Shown here: positions 23,871 through 36,237 of the stretch, piece after piece
Position numbering within the stretch: the first letter of the stretch is position 1
Layout: each line of letters begins with the position of its first letter
From: Octopus sinensis
Lineage: Eukaryota
Reading direction: 5' to 3'
Length of the DNA: 64,000 bases
Assembly: GCF_006345805.1 (NCBI RefSeq)
Contig: NC_043015.1
Location: 28,272,001 to 28,336,000 of the forward strand
The notes under the pieces: model-generated
Database searches by the model: none
Told to the model about the DNA's origin: nothing
The model's input: the letters and a program-made list of their open reading frames with translations, nothing else
Program-made: the position numbers and the translations under genes

Positions 23871-24509
23871 AATTCCTGTCAGGTGGAATTCTTATTTATT
23901 TACATTGTTTTGAATTTTCATGCATTATCTCACAGTTCTGTGATTTTGTTGAGGAATATCATTTTTAGAATGAAATTGTAAGTCTTGTGTGAGAGGCAAG
24001 ATCTGGCCAGCTGGAGCATAAAACAAGCAGAATATTTTAGCCAGATAGGGTTAATGATTAATCAGTTTCTTTTTATTGTTTTACTGAGCTTTAAAAACCA
24101 AACCTTTTGTTACAGCTATACACACACACATATATATACACCACCACCCCAAAGTATATATATATATATGACGCCTGTCTGACGTCCTGTTTTTGTTATT
24201 ATTATTATCATTATTGTTTTTACATATTTTTGTATTCTTATTCGTGTAACATCGTCCGTTTTCCCGTCCTTGTTTTGTATACATTTGAGGCTTTCTTCCA
24301 AGGAATCTAATGTGCTTGGCTTAGATTTTCCTTTGGGGCTGGCCAGGTCGGAGCAATCTCAAGATTAATCAGCCGAAATTGCGAGGATGATCCGGTTCTT
24401 GACTGAAGATTGAAGGCTTCGAATGTCCCGTCCGTGTTTTTTGTATCGCCTTCTAAGTGTTTTGCGTTCTTGTCCCAGTTTGTATTTTTTTTTACATATA
24501 CATATATAT

Positions 24510-24660
24510 ATCTCTGTGTATCTTTCTGTTGAAGAGCGTAGGCTCGAAACGTTAAAGACTTGTTTTATTTATATTTCCTGAGCGCCATACTAATACAATT
24601 GTTCGTTTGTCTTCCACCTGCCTTCGTCTTTTGTTTATTTTCATAAAGCTTCCCGTTATA
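24510..24660 (+). ncRNA. Penelope-like pLTR fragment with minimal variant hammerhead motif
   Basis: TCTTT-CTGTTGA-A-GAGC-GTAG-GCTC-GAAA-C-GTT-AAAGA (24521-24558); all stems pair; TA-rich flanks. Confidence 0.6.
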
Positions 24661-25190
24661 TATATATATATATATATGTATATACATATACAATAACTGA
24701 GACATGTCTACATACAAAAGCAGAGAGAATTCACAAGAAATGAAACACATTTGTACATACATGAACAGAGATACACACCTGCACATAATAGCAGACACAT
24801 ACCTGTACATTCAATAACTGACACACATTTGTATATACAACAACAAAGAGAGAGACGCTTATACATACATGAATCGAGAGACAGCTGCACATGCAAGAAC
24901 AGACAGAGAGAGTAAACATAAACAGAAAGACACCTGTATGTTCAATAGGAAGAGACATTTGTATATCAAAGGAAAAAGAGAGAGAAAGAGAGAGAGAGAA
25001 AGAGGTCTGTATATACAAGCACAGAGAAGGACACTTGATTCAATTATCCAAGACGTAAATGGAATCATAATAGAAGTAGTATTAGGCCATCTCAAGTCCC
25101 CAACACACAGACCCAGAGGCTTCGAGGGACGTGACGAAGTCATTTCCATAAACACTAGTTCTCAGAGCTGAAATGAATGTAGAGATACTC

Positions 25191-25579
25191 CTGTGTGGTA
25201 AGTAGCTTGTCTACCAACCACATGGTTCCGGGTTCAGTCCCACTGCGTGGCACCTTGGGCAAGTGTCTTCTACTATAGCCTCGGGCCGACCAAAGCCTTG
25301 TGAGTGGATTTGGTAGACGGAAACTGAAAGAAGCCTGTCGTATATATGTATATATATATATATGCGTGTGTGTGTTTGTGTATCTGTGTTTGTCCCCCTA
25401 GCATTGCTTGACAACTGATGCTGGTGTGTTTATGTCCCCGTTACTTAGCGGTTCGGCAAAAGAGACTGATAGAATAAGTACTGGGCTTACAAAAGAATAA
25501 ATCCTGGGGTCGAGTTGCTTGATTAAAGGCGGTGCTCCAGCATGGCTGCAGTCAAATGACTGAAACAAGTAAAAGAGTA
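25191..25579 (+). mobile_element. SINE-A, abutting a family C end (25580-25740, minus strand)
   Basis: SINE-A consensus. Confidence 0.9.
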
Positions 25580-26589
25580 TCATCATCATCGTTTAACGCC
25601 CGCTTTCCATGCTAGCATGGGTTGGACGGTTCGACCAGGGTCTGGGAAGCCAGAAGGCTGCACCAGGCTCCAGTCTGATCTGGCAGTGTTTCTACAGCTG
25701 GATGCCCTTCCTAACGCCAACCACTCCGTGAGTGTAGTGCTATACTGTATAGCAAAACTAATCCAGAGCCTGCTAGCACGACAATACAGATACTAAGCCG
25801 ATGATGATGATAGCATGGAAGACAAACAGACAGACTGACACACACACACACACACACACGAGAGATCATCATGGCCTAGTAGTTAGGGTGTTGCATTCAC
25901 GATTGCAAAATTGTGGTTTCAATTTCCAGAGCAGCAGTACATTGTGAGCAAAATACTTCATAGCACACTGCTTCAGCTTGCTTAACTGCAAATGATTATC
26001 ACTGATGGACTTGCATTATGTTCAGTGGGAATGTTGACCTGACTGCCTGCCAAGCCAGTGGGGTGGCATAATTCAAAAGCTATAACAATGCAAGGAAGCG
26101 CACTGTGATCAGTGATGTATATAACAACATCCAAAGGTCTGGTTAATACAGTGAAATAAATATATTTATATATATATATAGGTGCAAGGACATCACTGGC
26201 AGCAAAGCTGTATTGACCATTGCCTTTCCCTTGGATAACATCAGTGGCACAGAGAGGGGAGTCTGGTATGTACGGGCAACTTCTGGTCTTCTATAAACAA
26301 CCTTGCCTCGGAGGGGAACTTTCCAGGTGCAACCACTAGAACACAAGTTCAAATCCCAAACCAAGTGGTGCATCATATTCTTGACCAAAACACTCCACGT
26401 CACATTGTTCTTGTCCAGTCAGCTGTAAATGGGTAACCCTGAGACGATCAGGGGGTATGTTGGCTCGCTCACCTATCTGGTGGGGTAGATAGGCAAGCAT
26501 CATTTGAAAGCTAAGAATGTGAAGCACATTGTGAACAGTGATGTAGAACAGTATCTAATAGTCTAGTCAATATCATGATATATATATAT

Positions 26590-27338
26590 ATATATATATA
26601 GCCAGCCTCATCTAGCACCTGTGTCGGTGGCACATAAAAACACCATCCGAAGACCCGGCAAGACTAGTCAGGCCATAACCCATGGCCCCTACCTGGGACG
26701 TAGTCAGTCCACCTGTGCATACCTTCCTTCTTGTGACACTTGTGAAGACCTGTTGAGGCAAGTGAAAATCAAAACAAATCAAAATAGATGAACATCAATG
26801 GAATTTGTATCTTTGTGGTACCAGTGCCGGTGGCACGTGGCACATAAGAAAACCATCCGAACGTGGCCGTAGCCAGTACCGCATCGACTGGCCTCCGTGC
26901 TGTGGGCACGTAACAAGCACCATCCGATCGTGGCCGTTTGCCAGCCTCATCTGGCACCTGTGTCGGTGGCACATAAAAACACCATCCGAGCGTGGCCGTC
27001 TGCCAGCCTCGTCTGGCACCTGTGTCGGTGGCACATAAAAACACCATCCGAGCGTGGCCGTCTGCCAGCCTCGTCTGGCACCTGTGTCGGTGGCACATAA
27101 AAAACCATCCGAGCATGGCCGTTTGCCAGCCTCGTCTGGCACCTGTGTCGGTGGCACATAAAATCACCCACTACACTCTCGGAGTGGTTGGCGTTAGGAA
27201 GGGCATCCAGCTGTAGAAACACTGCCAGATCTGACTGGACTGGTGCAGCTTTCGGGCTCCCCAGACCCCAGTTGAACCGTCCAACCCATGCTAGCATGGA
27301 AAACGGACACTAAATGATGATGATGATGATGATGATAT
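26590..27338 (+). mobile_element. Family C retroposon with about 4-5 internal ~61-bp tandem repeats
   Basis: Unit caccatccgagcgtggccgtctgccagcctcgtctggcacctgtgtcggtggcacataaaa at about 26918, 26980, 27042 and 27103. Confidence 0.88.
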
Positions 27339-27346
27339 ATAAATGG

Positions 27347-27870
27347 GTCAAAACAGTTTGATTCAAATTCGTTGGTACTTTTGAGTTTTAAGTGTGATGC
27401 TAGTCATCAGCCATTTTGAATTTGAATGACAGAAGTTGATTGTTATTACAGTAAGGTTGGCTGCAATTGGTTGACTTGACTTGACTTGACAGCATTCACC
27501 CGGGGTGGGTTGAGCTGGCTTCATTCATCCTCAATGCTGCATCTCTCACAAACGCCGACCAGGCCTGGTGATTTGAGGCTAACGACCGCATGATCTCCAA
27601 CTACTCCTTATTCCAGCGGCGAACGCCGTAGATATGGGGGCCCAGGTTGGGTTCCAGATCAGCCTTGACTGTCATCAGCCAGGTTTTTCGTTGTCCACCA
27701 CATCGCTTTCACCAATCCTTCAAATATTCCTCATGCGATTGCTTGAGGAAGGTAGCCGACCTTACAGTAATAACAATCAACTTCTATCATTCAAATTCAT
27801 AATGGCTGATGACTGGCATCACACTTGAAACTCAAGAGTACCAACGAATTTGAATCAAACTGTTTTGATC
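27347..27870. mobile_element. Fold-back element: ~117-bp inverted arms (27347-27462 / 27754-27870) around an RTE insertion
   Basis: Arms are reverse complements with about 8 mismatches; TA-rich flanks. Confidence 0.75.
27470..27715 (-). mobile_element. RTE LINE 3' end (same family as 13699-14280) with (TCAAG)n tail
   Basis: Reverse complement of 14045-14270; gacttgacttgacttgac tail. Confidence 0.88.
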
Positions 27871-27959
27871 TATACATGTAACTACCAATAAATTGAGTGA
27901 GTGCCCTTCTTTCATTTGTCCACTCACTTGTGTGTATATATATATGGATATAGTTGTGA

Positions 27960-28980
27960 TACCCATGCTGGTGGCATGTTGGGCCTCACAGAGGAAATGA
28001 CGAAAGACCAAGACCTCTGAGATATGCTGTGACTGCGAAGACCTGACAAATGAAGTGAGTTCATGGCTTGCAGGACGGCCTGCTGGGCTAACCTTGGATC
28101 ATAGAGTGACCCGCTGTTCTTGAGGAGACCTATTGAGTCAAGTACGTCAACACCAGCATCAAAATAAAAATCAAATGGAAATTGTAGTTAAGATACCTTT
28201 GCCAGTGGCATGTAAAAAGCACCATCTGAACATGGTTGATGCCAGCGCCGCCCGATTGGCATCCGTGTCAGTGACATGTACAAAGCACCAACCAATCATG
28301 GCCGTTGCCAGCCTCGCCTGGCACCTGTGCCAGTGGCACGAAAAAAGCACCCACTACACTCACGGAGTGGTTGGCATTAGGAAGGGCATCCAGCTGTAGA
28401 AACACTGCCAGATCAGACTGGAGCCTGGTGCAGCCTCCTGGCTTCTCAGACCTCGGTCGAACTGTCCAACCCATGCTAGCATGGAAAACGGACGGTAAAC
28501 AATGATGATGATGATGATATGTGTATATATATATGTGAAGACTCTGCTTGTGAAGACCCATTGAGGCAAGTGAGGATCAGAATCGAAATCGATCAATGGA
28601 AATCGATCAATGGAAATTGCAGATGTGTTACCAGTGCCGGTGGCATGTAAGAGAACTTTCCGTTTCGCGACCGTTGCCAGCACCGCCCCGTTTCGTGTCC
28701 GTTGCCAGCCTCGCCTGGCCTCGTGCCGGTGGCACATAAAAAGCACCATCCGTTCGTGGCCGTTTGCCAGCTGTGTCTGGCACCAGTGCGGGTGGCACGT
28801 AAAAGCACCACTACACTCACGGAGTGGTTGGCGTTAGGAAGGGCATCCAGCCGTAGAAACACTGCCAGATTTGACTGGGCCTGATGAAGCCTTCTGGCTT
28901 CACAGACCCCAGTAGAAAACCGTCCAACCATGCTAGCATGGAAAACGGACGCTAATGATGATGATGATTATGATGATGAT
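27960..28980 (+). mobile_element. Two tandem family C elements
   Basis: Two gatgatgat-terminated units ending near 28518 and 28983. Confidence 0.85.
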
Positions 28981-28990
28981 GATATATATA

Positions 28991-29201
28991 CTTTATTTAA
29001 AGCAGCAGAAAATTCAACAAAACCTGTTACTCTGAGTTTCGCGTAGCCGTCATCGGACAGTTTTTGCTAGATGATGAAACGCAAAACTCAGAGTAACAGG
29101 TTTTGTTGAATTTTCTGCTGCTTTAAATAAAGCATATTACTCTACCCCTGGTATTTGAGTACTCTTTTTTCCACCTTGTTTCACATTTATGTGTTTACTC
29201 T

Positions 29202-29205
<4 letters not shown>
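28991..29205 (-). mobile_element. Penelope-like palindrome (49-bp perfect arms) with variant hammerhead on the minus strand
   Basis: Arms 28991-29039 / 29084-29132; minus strand ctgt-ccgatga-cggctacgc-GAAA-ctc-a-gag-ta-acag (29060-29024); (TA)n flanks. Confidence 0.6.
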
Positions 29206-29239
<34 letters not shown>

Positions 29240-29798
29240 CACACATACATTTATACAGACCACATGCTTATATATATATATATACCTATTGCATAACAAC
29301 TAGAAGTAGGGAAGGCAGAGGAGAGGTTTAATCTACAGGTTGTAGATTTATACATAAAGCAGGAGGTGGGTGGACGTCAGACGGAATTTAATCATGTCAA
29401 ACATGATATTTTTTTTTCTTCAGCAAATATAAACAAAACATCTGTTTGCCACGCCACACACTTGGCACCTATGTGTGTACAATTGCGTAGGTGTATGTAT
29501 GTGTGTCTGTGTGTTCACATTACAATCAATGTGTGTAAGAGTGTGTTTTTATCAATGGCATAAGTTTGCATGTGTCAGTGTAGGTATATGTGTGTGTGTT
29601 TTAGTGTGTGTGTTAGTGTGTTGTTGGGTTAAGGGGGAAGAGGGTGAAGTAATTATCTATACTGTGATTGTGAATTAACCTAATTAAATATATTTTATTT
29701 TTTTACAATTAACACAAATATAGATTGCCAGCACAATGGCAACACAATTATAACGACAACAGTAATACCATGTGAGTGAAAACTGTATGGAAGCCCAT

Positions 29799-29833
<35 letters not shown>

Positions 29834-29939
29834 TATATATTATATATATATGTGTGTGTGTGTGCGTGATTGTGTGTGTGTGTATTTGAGCATACGTCTG
29901 AGTATGTGTGTGTCAGTGTGTCCACCTGCACGTGCCTCT

Positions 29940-30154
29940 TTTCTTTTACTCTTTTACTTGTTTCAGTCATTTGACTGTGGCCATGCTGGAGCACCGCCTT
30001 TTAGTCGAGCAAAGCGACCCCAGGACTTATTCTTTATAAGCCTAGTACTTATCCTATCGGTCTCTATTGCTAAACCGCTAAGTTACGGGGACGTAAACAC
30101 AACAGCATCTGTTGTCAAGCGATGTTGGGGGGACAAACACAGACACAAACATAT

Positions 30155-30203
<49 letters not shown>

Positions 30204-30389
30204 CATATATATATACATACATATATACAACAGGCTTCTTTCAGTTTCCATCTACCAAATCCACTCACAAGGCTTTGGTCGGCCCGAGGCTATAGTAGAA
30301 GATACTTGCCCAAGGTGTTGCGCAGTGGGACTGAACCCGGGACCATGTGGTTGGTAAGCAAGCTACTTACCACACAGCCACTCCTACAC
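29940..30389 (-). mobile_element. SINE-A (subfamily 1)
   Basis: SINE-A consensus. Confidence 0.92.
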
Positions 30390-30702
30390 CTGTTTACATC
30401 TTGTAATTCATATGAAAAAATTTTCCTCTCGCTTTGTATTTCCAAAGACAAGTATTTCCGAAGACAAGAGAGGTGGGAGCTTGCAACTGGAAGGGCATCA
30501 GGCTGTAAAGCTATGCCTTGATACTATGTATTCAGCTGACCCATGCTGGCACAGGAAAACAGATGTAAAACATATGAATGAAAATACATATGAACGAAAG
30601 AAACAAACCAGTTATTTGAGGGCGGAGGTGTAGTAAAATAATTAACTTGGTCATTTATAGATGATGTTTGGGGACGAAAGGTTTTAACTATAAACCTTAG
30701 TA

Positions 30703-30855
30703 GCTGTGTGGTAAGTAGCTTGCTTACCAACCACATGGTTCCGGGTTCAGTCTCACTGCGTGGCACCTTGGGCAAGTGTCTTCTACTATAGCTTCAGGCC
30801 GACCAAAGTCTTGTGAGTGGATCTGGTAGACGGAAACTGAAAGAAGCCCGTCGTA

Positions 30856-30894
<39 letters not shown>

Positions 30895-31140
30895 GACGGG
30901 CTATATATATATATATATGTATTTATGTATGTGTGTGTATACGTTTGTGTGTCTGTGTTTGTCCCCCCAACATCGCTTGACAACCGATGCTGGTGTGTTT
31001 ACATCCCCATAACGTAGCAGTTCGGCAAAAGAGACCGATAGAATAAGTACTAGGCTTCCAAAGAATAAGTCCTGGGGTCAATTTGCTCAACTAAAAGTGG
31101 TGCTCCAGCATGGACGCAGTCAAATGACTGAAACAAGAGA
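30703..31140 (+). mobile_element. SINE-A (subfamily 1)
   Basis: SINE-A consensus. Confidence 0.92.
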
Positions 31141-31327
31141 GAGAGAGAGATACAAATCTTTTACCATAGAACCAAGTGAACATGGGCAGATCAGTAGCAA
31201 ACAGATTATTTTTTTCAAAAAAAAAACCATAAAATTGGTGTCAGACTGTATGAAGATGTAGTTGTTGTAAGCAGTGGGAGCACTGTGTAGTCACTGAATA
31301 TCCTACCTGGACTTCAAATTCTGGGGT

Positions 31328-31726
31328 ACTCTTTACTCTCTCTTTCTCTTTTACTTGTTTCAGTCATTTGACTGCGGCCATGCTGGAGCACCGCCTTTAG
31401 TTGAGCACATCGACTCCAGGACTTATTCTTTGTAAGTCCAGTACTTATTCTATCGGTCTCTTTTGCCGAACCGCTAAGTGACAGAGACGTAAACACACCA
31501 GCAGCGGTTGTCAAGCAATGCTAGGGGGACAAACACAGGCACACATACATATACACATATATACGACAGGCTTCTTTCAGTTTCCATCTACCAAATCCAC
31601 TCACAAGGCATTGGTCGGCCCGGGGCTATAGCAGAAGACACTTGCTCAAGATGCCACGAAGTGGGACTGAACCCGGAACCATGTGGTTGGTTAGCAAACT
31701 ACTTATCACACAGCCACTCCTGCGCC
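31328..31726 (-). mobile_element. SINE-A (subfamily 2)
   Basis: SINE-A consensus. Confidence 0.92.
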
Positions 31727-32279
31727 TGACGTGAGAAGTCAGTTCATTACAAGGTCCAGCCCTTGTTGTGGTGTGGCGCTTGTGTGCTTCAAGGACCCTG
31801 AAAACTATGCCAGCAGGGTGCAGACCCCTGGTAGCTCAAAGGATAGAGGGCAGACAAATATTCTTTCACTTGTTTCAGTCCATGCTGGAGCACCGCTTTA
31901 AAGGGTTTTTTGAAATAAAAAAAAAATAGAACCCAGGACTTGTTCTTTGTAAGCCTAGTACTTATTTTATTGGTCTCTTTTGCTGAACTGCTAAGTTACG
32001 GAGATATAAACACGCCAGCATCTGTTGTCAAGCAATGGCAGAAGACAAACAGACAAAGACACATGCATATATATATATATATATATAAATATAAAACAGG
32101 CTTCTTTCTGTTTCTCTCTACCAAATCCACTCACAAGGCTTTGGTCAGCCCGAGGCTGTAGGAGAAACACTTGCCTAAGGTGACATGCAGTTGGACTGAA
32201 CCCTAAGGTATTCAGAGGAATGTGTGGCCCTCTGATACTCAAGCACATTATCAGAATACCCTAAGGTGGCAAACTAGTA

Positions 32280-32497
32280 GAATCATAAGCACACTAGGCG
32301 AAATGCTTAGCGGTATTTCGTCTGCCGTTACATTCTGAGTTCGAATTCCGCCAAGGTAGACTTTGCCTTTCATCCTTTCGGGGTCGATTAATTATGTACC
32401 AGTTACACACTGGGGTCAATGTAATCGACTTAATCCCTTTGTCTGTCCTTGTTTGTCCCCTCTATGTTTAGCCGCTTGTGGGCAATAAAGAAATAAG
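32280..32497 (+). mobile_element. SINE-B
   Basis: ggcgaaatgcttagcggtatttcgtctgccgttac...aaagaaataag. Confidence 0.82.
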
Positions 32498-33937
32498 GAT
32501 ACCCTAATTACATCATTTCATTCTGTCATTGTATTTCTGACCCAGGTTCTGATTGCCGAGTGAATGTCGGTGCCACGTTCATGCCGGTTCCAAGTTAAAA
32601 GCACCCAGCACACACTGTAAAGTAGTTGGCATTAGAAGGAGCATCTAGTTGTAGAAACCAATCCAAATCGGACTGGAGCCTGGTACAGCTCTCCAGCTTG
32701 TCAGCTCTGGTCAAATTGTCCAACTCATACCAGCATGGAAAACAGACGTTAAAGGATGATGATAAATGATGAGATGCAGGCAGGTAAATCCAAGGTGAGC
32801 CAACAACTTGGTCAGTCACCTGAGACATTACGTGCTGGAGGGTTTCATGTTATGCGCTTTTTGAAAAAGGAAAAAAAAAAAAATGAACATGATGATAAAA
32901 TAAATACTTCAAATGCTTTTAGTCTAATATTTAATAAATTGTAAAAGGCAAATTATTCTTTCATGTTTCACTCCTTGTGAAAATTTTAAAACAAGATATT
33001 TGTAAGGGGACCCAAATTCAGCTAGCTCTGGGTGAGGCGGCGGGGATCAAAGCCTTGTGAATGGATTTGGTAGATGGAAACTGAAAGAAGCCAATCATAT
33101 ATATGTGTGTGTATATATCATCATCATCATCATCATTTAGCGTCCGTTCTCCATGCTAGCATGGTTGTACGGTTCAACTGGGGTCTGTGAAGCTGGAAGG
33201 CTTCATCAGGCCCAGTCAGATCTGGCAGTGTTTCTACGGCTGGATGCCCTTCCTAATGCCAACCACTCCGTGAGTGTAGTGGGTACTTTTTACGTGCCAT
33301 ATATATATATATAACGGGAAGGTTTACGAAATAAACAAAAGACGAAGGCAGGTGGAGTACAAACAAACAAATGTATTAGTATATATATTTATATCTATAT
33401 ATATATATATGTGTGTGTGTGTATGTGTGTGTGTGTATGTATGTATATGTATCTGTGTTTGTCACCCCTAACATAGCTTGACAACCAATGCTGGTGTGTT
33501 TACGTCACTGTAACTTAGCGGTTCGGCAAAAGAGAACCGATAGAATAAGTACTAGGCTTACAAAGAATAAGTCCTGGGTGTCGATTTTCTAGACTAAAAA
33601 GGCGGTGCTCCAGCATGGCTGCAGCAGTCAAAATGACTGAATCAAGTAAAAAAAAAAAAGGAAAAGAGAAAGAGGGTCTCGGGTATCACTTCACTGACGT
33701 TCGCTGTAACTGGTGCGGAAAGCAACACCAATCTAATTTGCACTATAAACATATTGCAGACATGAGCAAACAATGGAGACAGGAGGTCATTCAACCTGCT
33801 TTGAAAAATAGCAGCCAAAATCTCAAAATCAAATCCAATCATTTTAAATCGAGAAAGGTCACGTTGAATAATGTAGACTTACATATAGACGCAGTGATTA
33901 CAGCTGGAATCTTTTAGATATATATATAGGTCTGATG

Positions 33938-34512
33938 TTCTTTTACTCTTTTACTAGTTTCAGTCATTTGATTTCTGTGGCCATGCTGGAGCACCGCCTT
34001 TTTAGTCGACTAAATCGACCCCCAGGACTTATTCTTTGTAAGCCTAGTACTTATTCTATCGGTCTCTTTTTTGTCGAACCGCTAAGTTACGGGGACGTAA
34101 ACACACCAGCATCGGTTGTCAAGAGATGTTGGGGGTGGGGGGAGACAAACACACTATCTATCTATCCGCTCAGTCGAAGTCGACTCTCAGTTACTCGATG
34201 GATCAGTGTCCTCCAGTCAGTTCTATCCTGGGTCGCTTCCTTCAGATTGGCTATGTCCATTCCGGTATCACTCTTGATGGTGTCAAGCCAGCGGGTTCTT
34301 GGTCGGCCACTTCCTCTCTTGCCACTGACCATTCCGTATACATATATACGACGGGCTTCTTTTCAGTTTCTGTATACCAAAATCCACTCACAAGGCTTTG
34401 GTAAGCCTGAGGCTATAGTAGAAGACACTTGCCCAAGGTGCTACGCTGTGGTACTGAACCCGGAACCATGTGGTTGCTAAGCAAGCTACTTACCACACAG
34501 CCACTCCTGCGC
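33938..34512 (-). mobile_element. SINE-A interrupted by an RTE-BovB-like fragment
   Basis: SINE-A halves at 33938-34154 and 34337-34512. Confidence 0.88.
34155..34336 (-). mobile_element. RTE-BovB-like LINE, 5'-truncated 3' end with an uninterrupted reading frame
   Basis: GMVSGKRGSGRPRTRWLDTIKSDTGMDIANLKEATQDRTDWRTLIHRVTESRLRLSG* (stop at 34162-34164), (TAGA)n tail. Confidence 0.85.
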
Positions 34513-34984
34513 CTATAATTGAGTATAGGCATCATCATTTTCACACCCACTTTTCGATGCTTGCATGGATGAAATGAAATTTGAAGCAGATTTTCTACGG
34601 CTTGATGTTCTTCCTATCATCAACCCTCAACTGTTTCCAAGCAAAATAATATTTACCCTGGACAAACATGTTTTTCCACGGAAGGCTGGAACCAAATAAC
34701 ACCACTTGTATGACAGGGATGTTCGTTTACAATCACCACCTATCGGGAAAAGGGTACATGCAAACACACACAGACATTTTTCAGTTTCCATCTACCAAAT
34801 TTATTCACAAGGCTCTGGTCAGCCGAGGGCTATAATAGAAAAACACTTGGCCAAGGTGCTGCACAGTAAGACTGAACCCAAGACCACATGGTTGGGAATC
34901 AAGCTGCCCAACCACACAGCCATGCCTGCATCACCTCAGCAATACTATTCCTTCGTTAAATTATGATTTTGATGGGCAACATGG

Positions 34985-35710
34985 AGTATTTTCAATTTGT
35001 GCCAGTGGCATGTAAAAAGCACCATCCGATCGTGGCCGTTTGCCAGCCTCGCCTGGCCCCTGTGCCAGTGGCACATAAAAACCACCATCCGATCGTGGCC
35101 GTTTGCCAGACTCGTCTGGCACGTAAAAAGTACCCACTACACTCATGGAGTGGTTGGCGTTAGGAAGGACATCCAGCCGTAGAAACATTGCCAGATCAAA
35201 CTGGGCCTTGTGCAGCCTTCTGGCTTCCCAGACCCCAGTTGAACCGTCCAACCCATGCTAGCATGGAAAGCGGACGCTAAACGATGATGATGATGATGAT
35301 GTTCCAATTATTAAGATGGGGCCACGTTTTAGTCAAGTGAATCGACCTCGCCAAACCCCTGTCAAAGTAAAACTGCAACCCAATCTTTGATTCCTTTTCA
35401 GAATTATTTCCATTCATTCAAGATGCCAGTACTCTTAGGCACAGCGTTAATTACACATTATTCTCACCATTTCCCTACAAATGTCATATAAATTTGATAT
35501 CATCATCATCATCATTTAGCGTCCGTTTTCCATGCTAGCATGGGTTGGACGGTTCAACTGGGGTCTGGGAAGCCAGGAGGCTGCACCAGGCTCCAGTCTG
35601 ATCTGGCAATGTTTCTACGGCTGGATGCCCTTCCTAACGCCAACCACTCCATGAGTGTAGTGGGTGCTTTTTACGTGCCACCGGCACAGGTGCCAGACGG
35701 GGCTGGCATA
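34985..35710. mobile_element. Two family C ends in inverted orientation (34985-35300 plus; 35500-35710 minus)
   Basis: Shared consensus, opposite strands, about 200-bp spacer. Confidence 0.85.
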
Positions 35711-36029
35711 AGAGATCATTCACGGTTTGGTGTTTTCCATATCCAGGCGGTGCGTTGCCTAAATCAGTAGAGCATTGGAAAAAAATACTTTGCAGTATTC
35801 TGATAAGTTCCGTGTACCCGGTTCAATCCACACCAAAGCCGATATCACATTTCTTCTGAAGTTGGGAAAATAAGGGTAATGTTTTAGATTAAACATCCTA
35901 TTCCTCTGGAGGAACTATTTTCTTCTTTGTCCATTTTTAAAACATCTTTTTTTTTTGTGATATTCCTTTGTTTCAAACAATGGGATTACGATTATGGCCC
36001 CCAACTCGCCCCTATTTTTTTTTTTTTAC

Positions 36030-36237
36030 CTTCATGTTTTGTTCTCTCCGCCTGAGGGGCTTGATTCGAAATGCCACCAAAATAAGTACCCGATGAAATA
36101 CCAAGTTCGACACATAATCTAATAAATAATTTTGAAAAGCCAAAAATCAAAAGTAGTGTTCCAGCTAAGCCGCAAGTCCAGTGATTGAAACCAGTGAAAG
36201 AATATAAATCCGGATAGCTGTTTGAGAGAGGGGTCAC
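36030..36237 (-). other. Candidate internal exon (probably 5' UTR, possibly ending in ATG AAG)
   Basis: Minus strand ttattctttggactccctag| ... aaaacATGAAG|gtaaaa; non-repetitive sequence. Confidence 0.3.

Noticed and set aside
24390-24430. CTGAAGA...GAAT hammerhead-like string
   Set aside because: No GAAA, and no viable stem II or stem I
26918-27165. CRISPR-like appearance of the 61-bp repeats (also 56885-57680)
   Set aside because: Head-to-tail tandem units or simple-repeat spacers, no unique spacers, eukaryotic context, no cas genes
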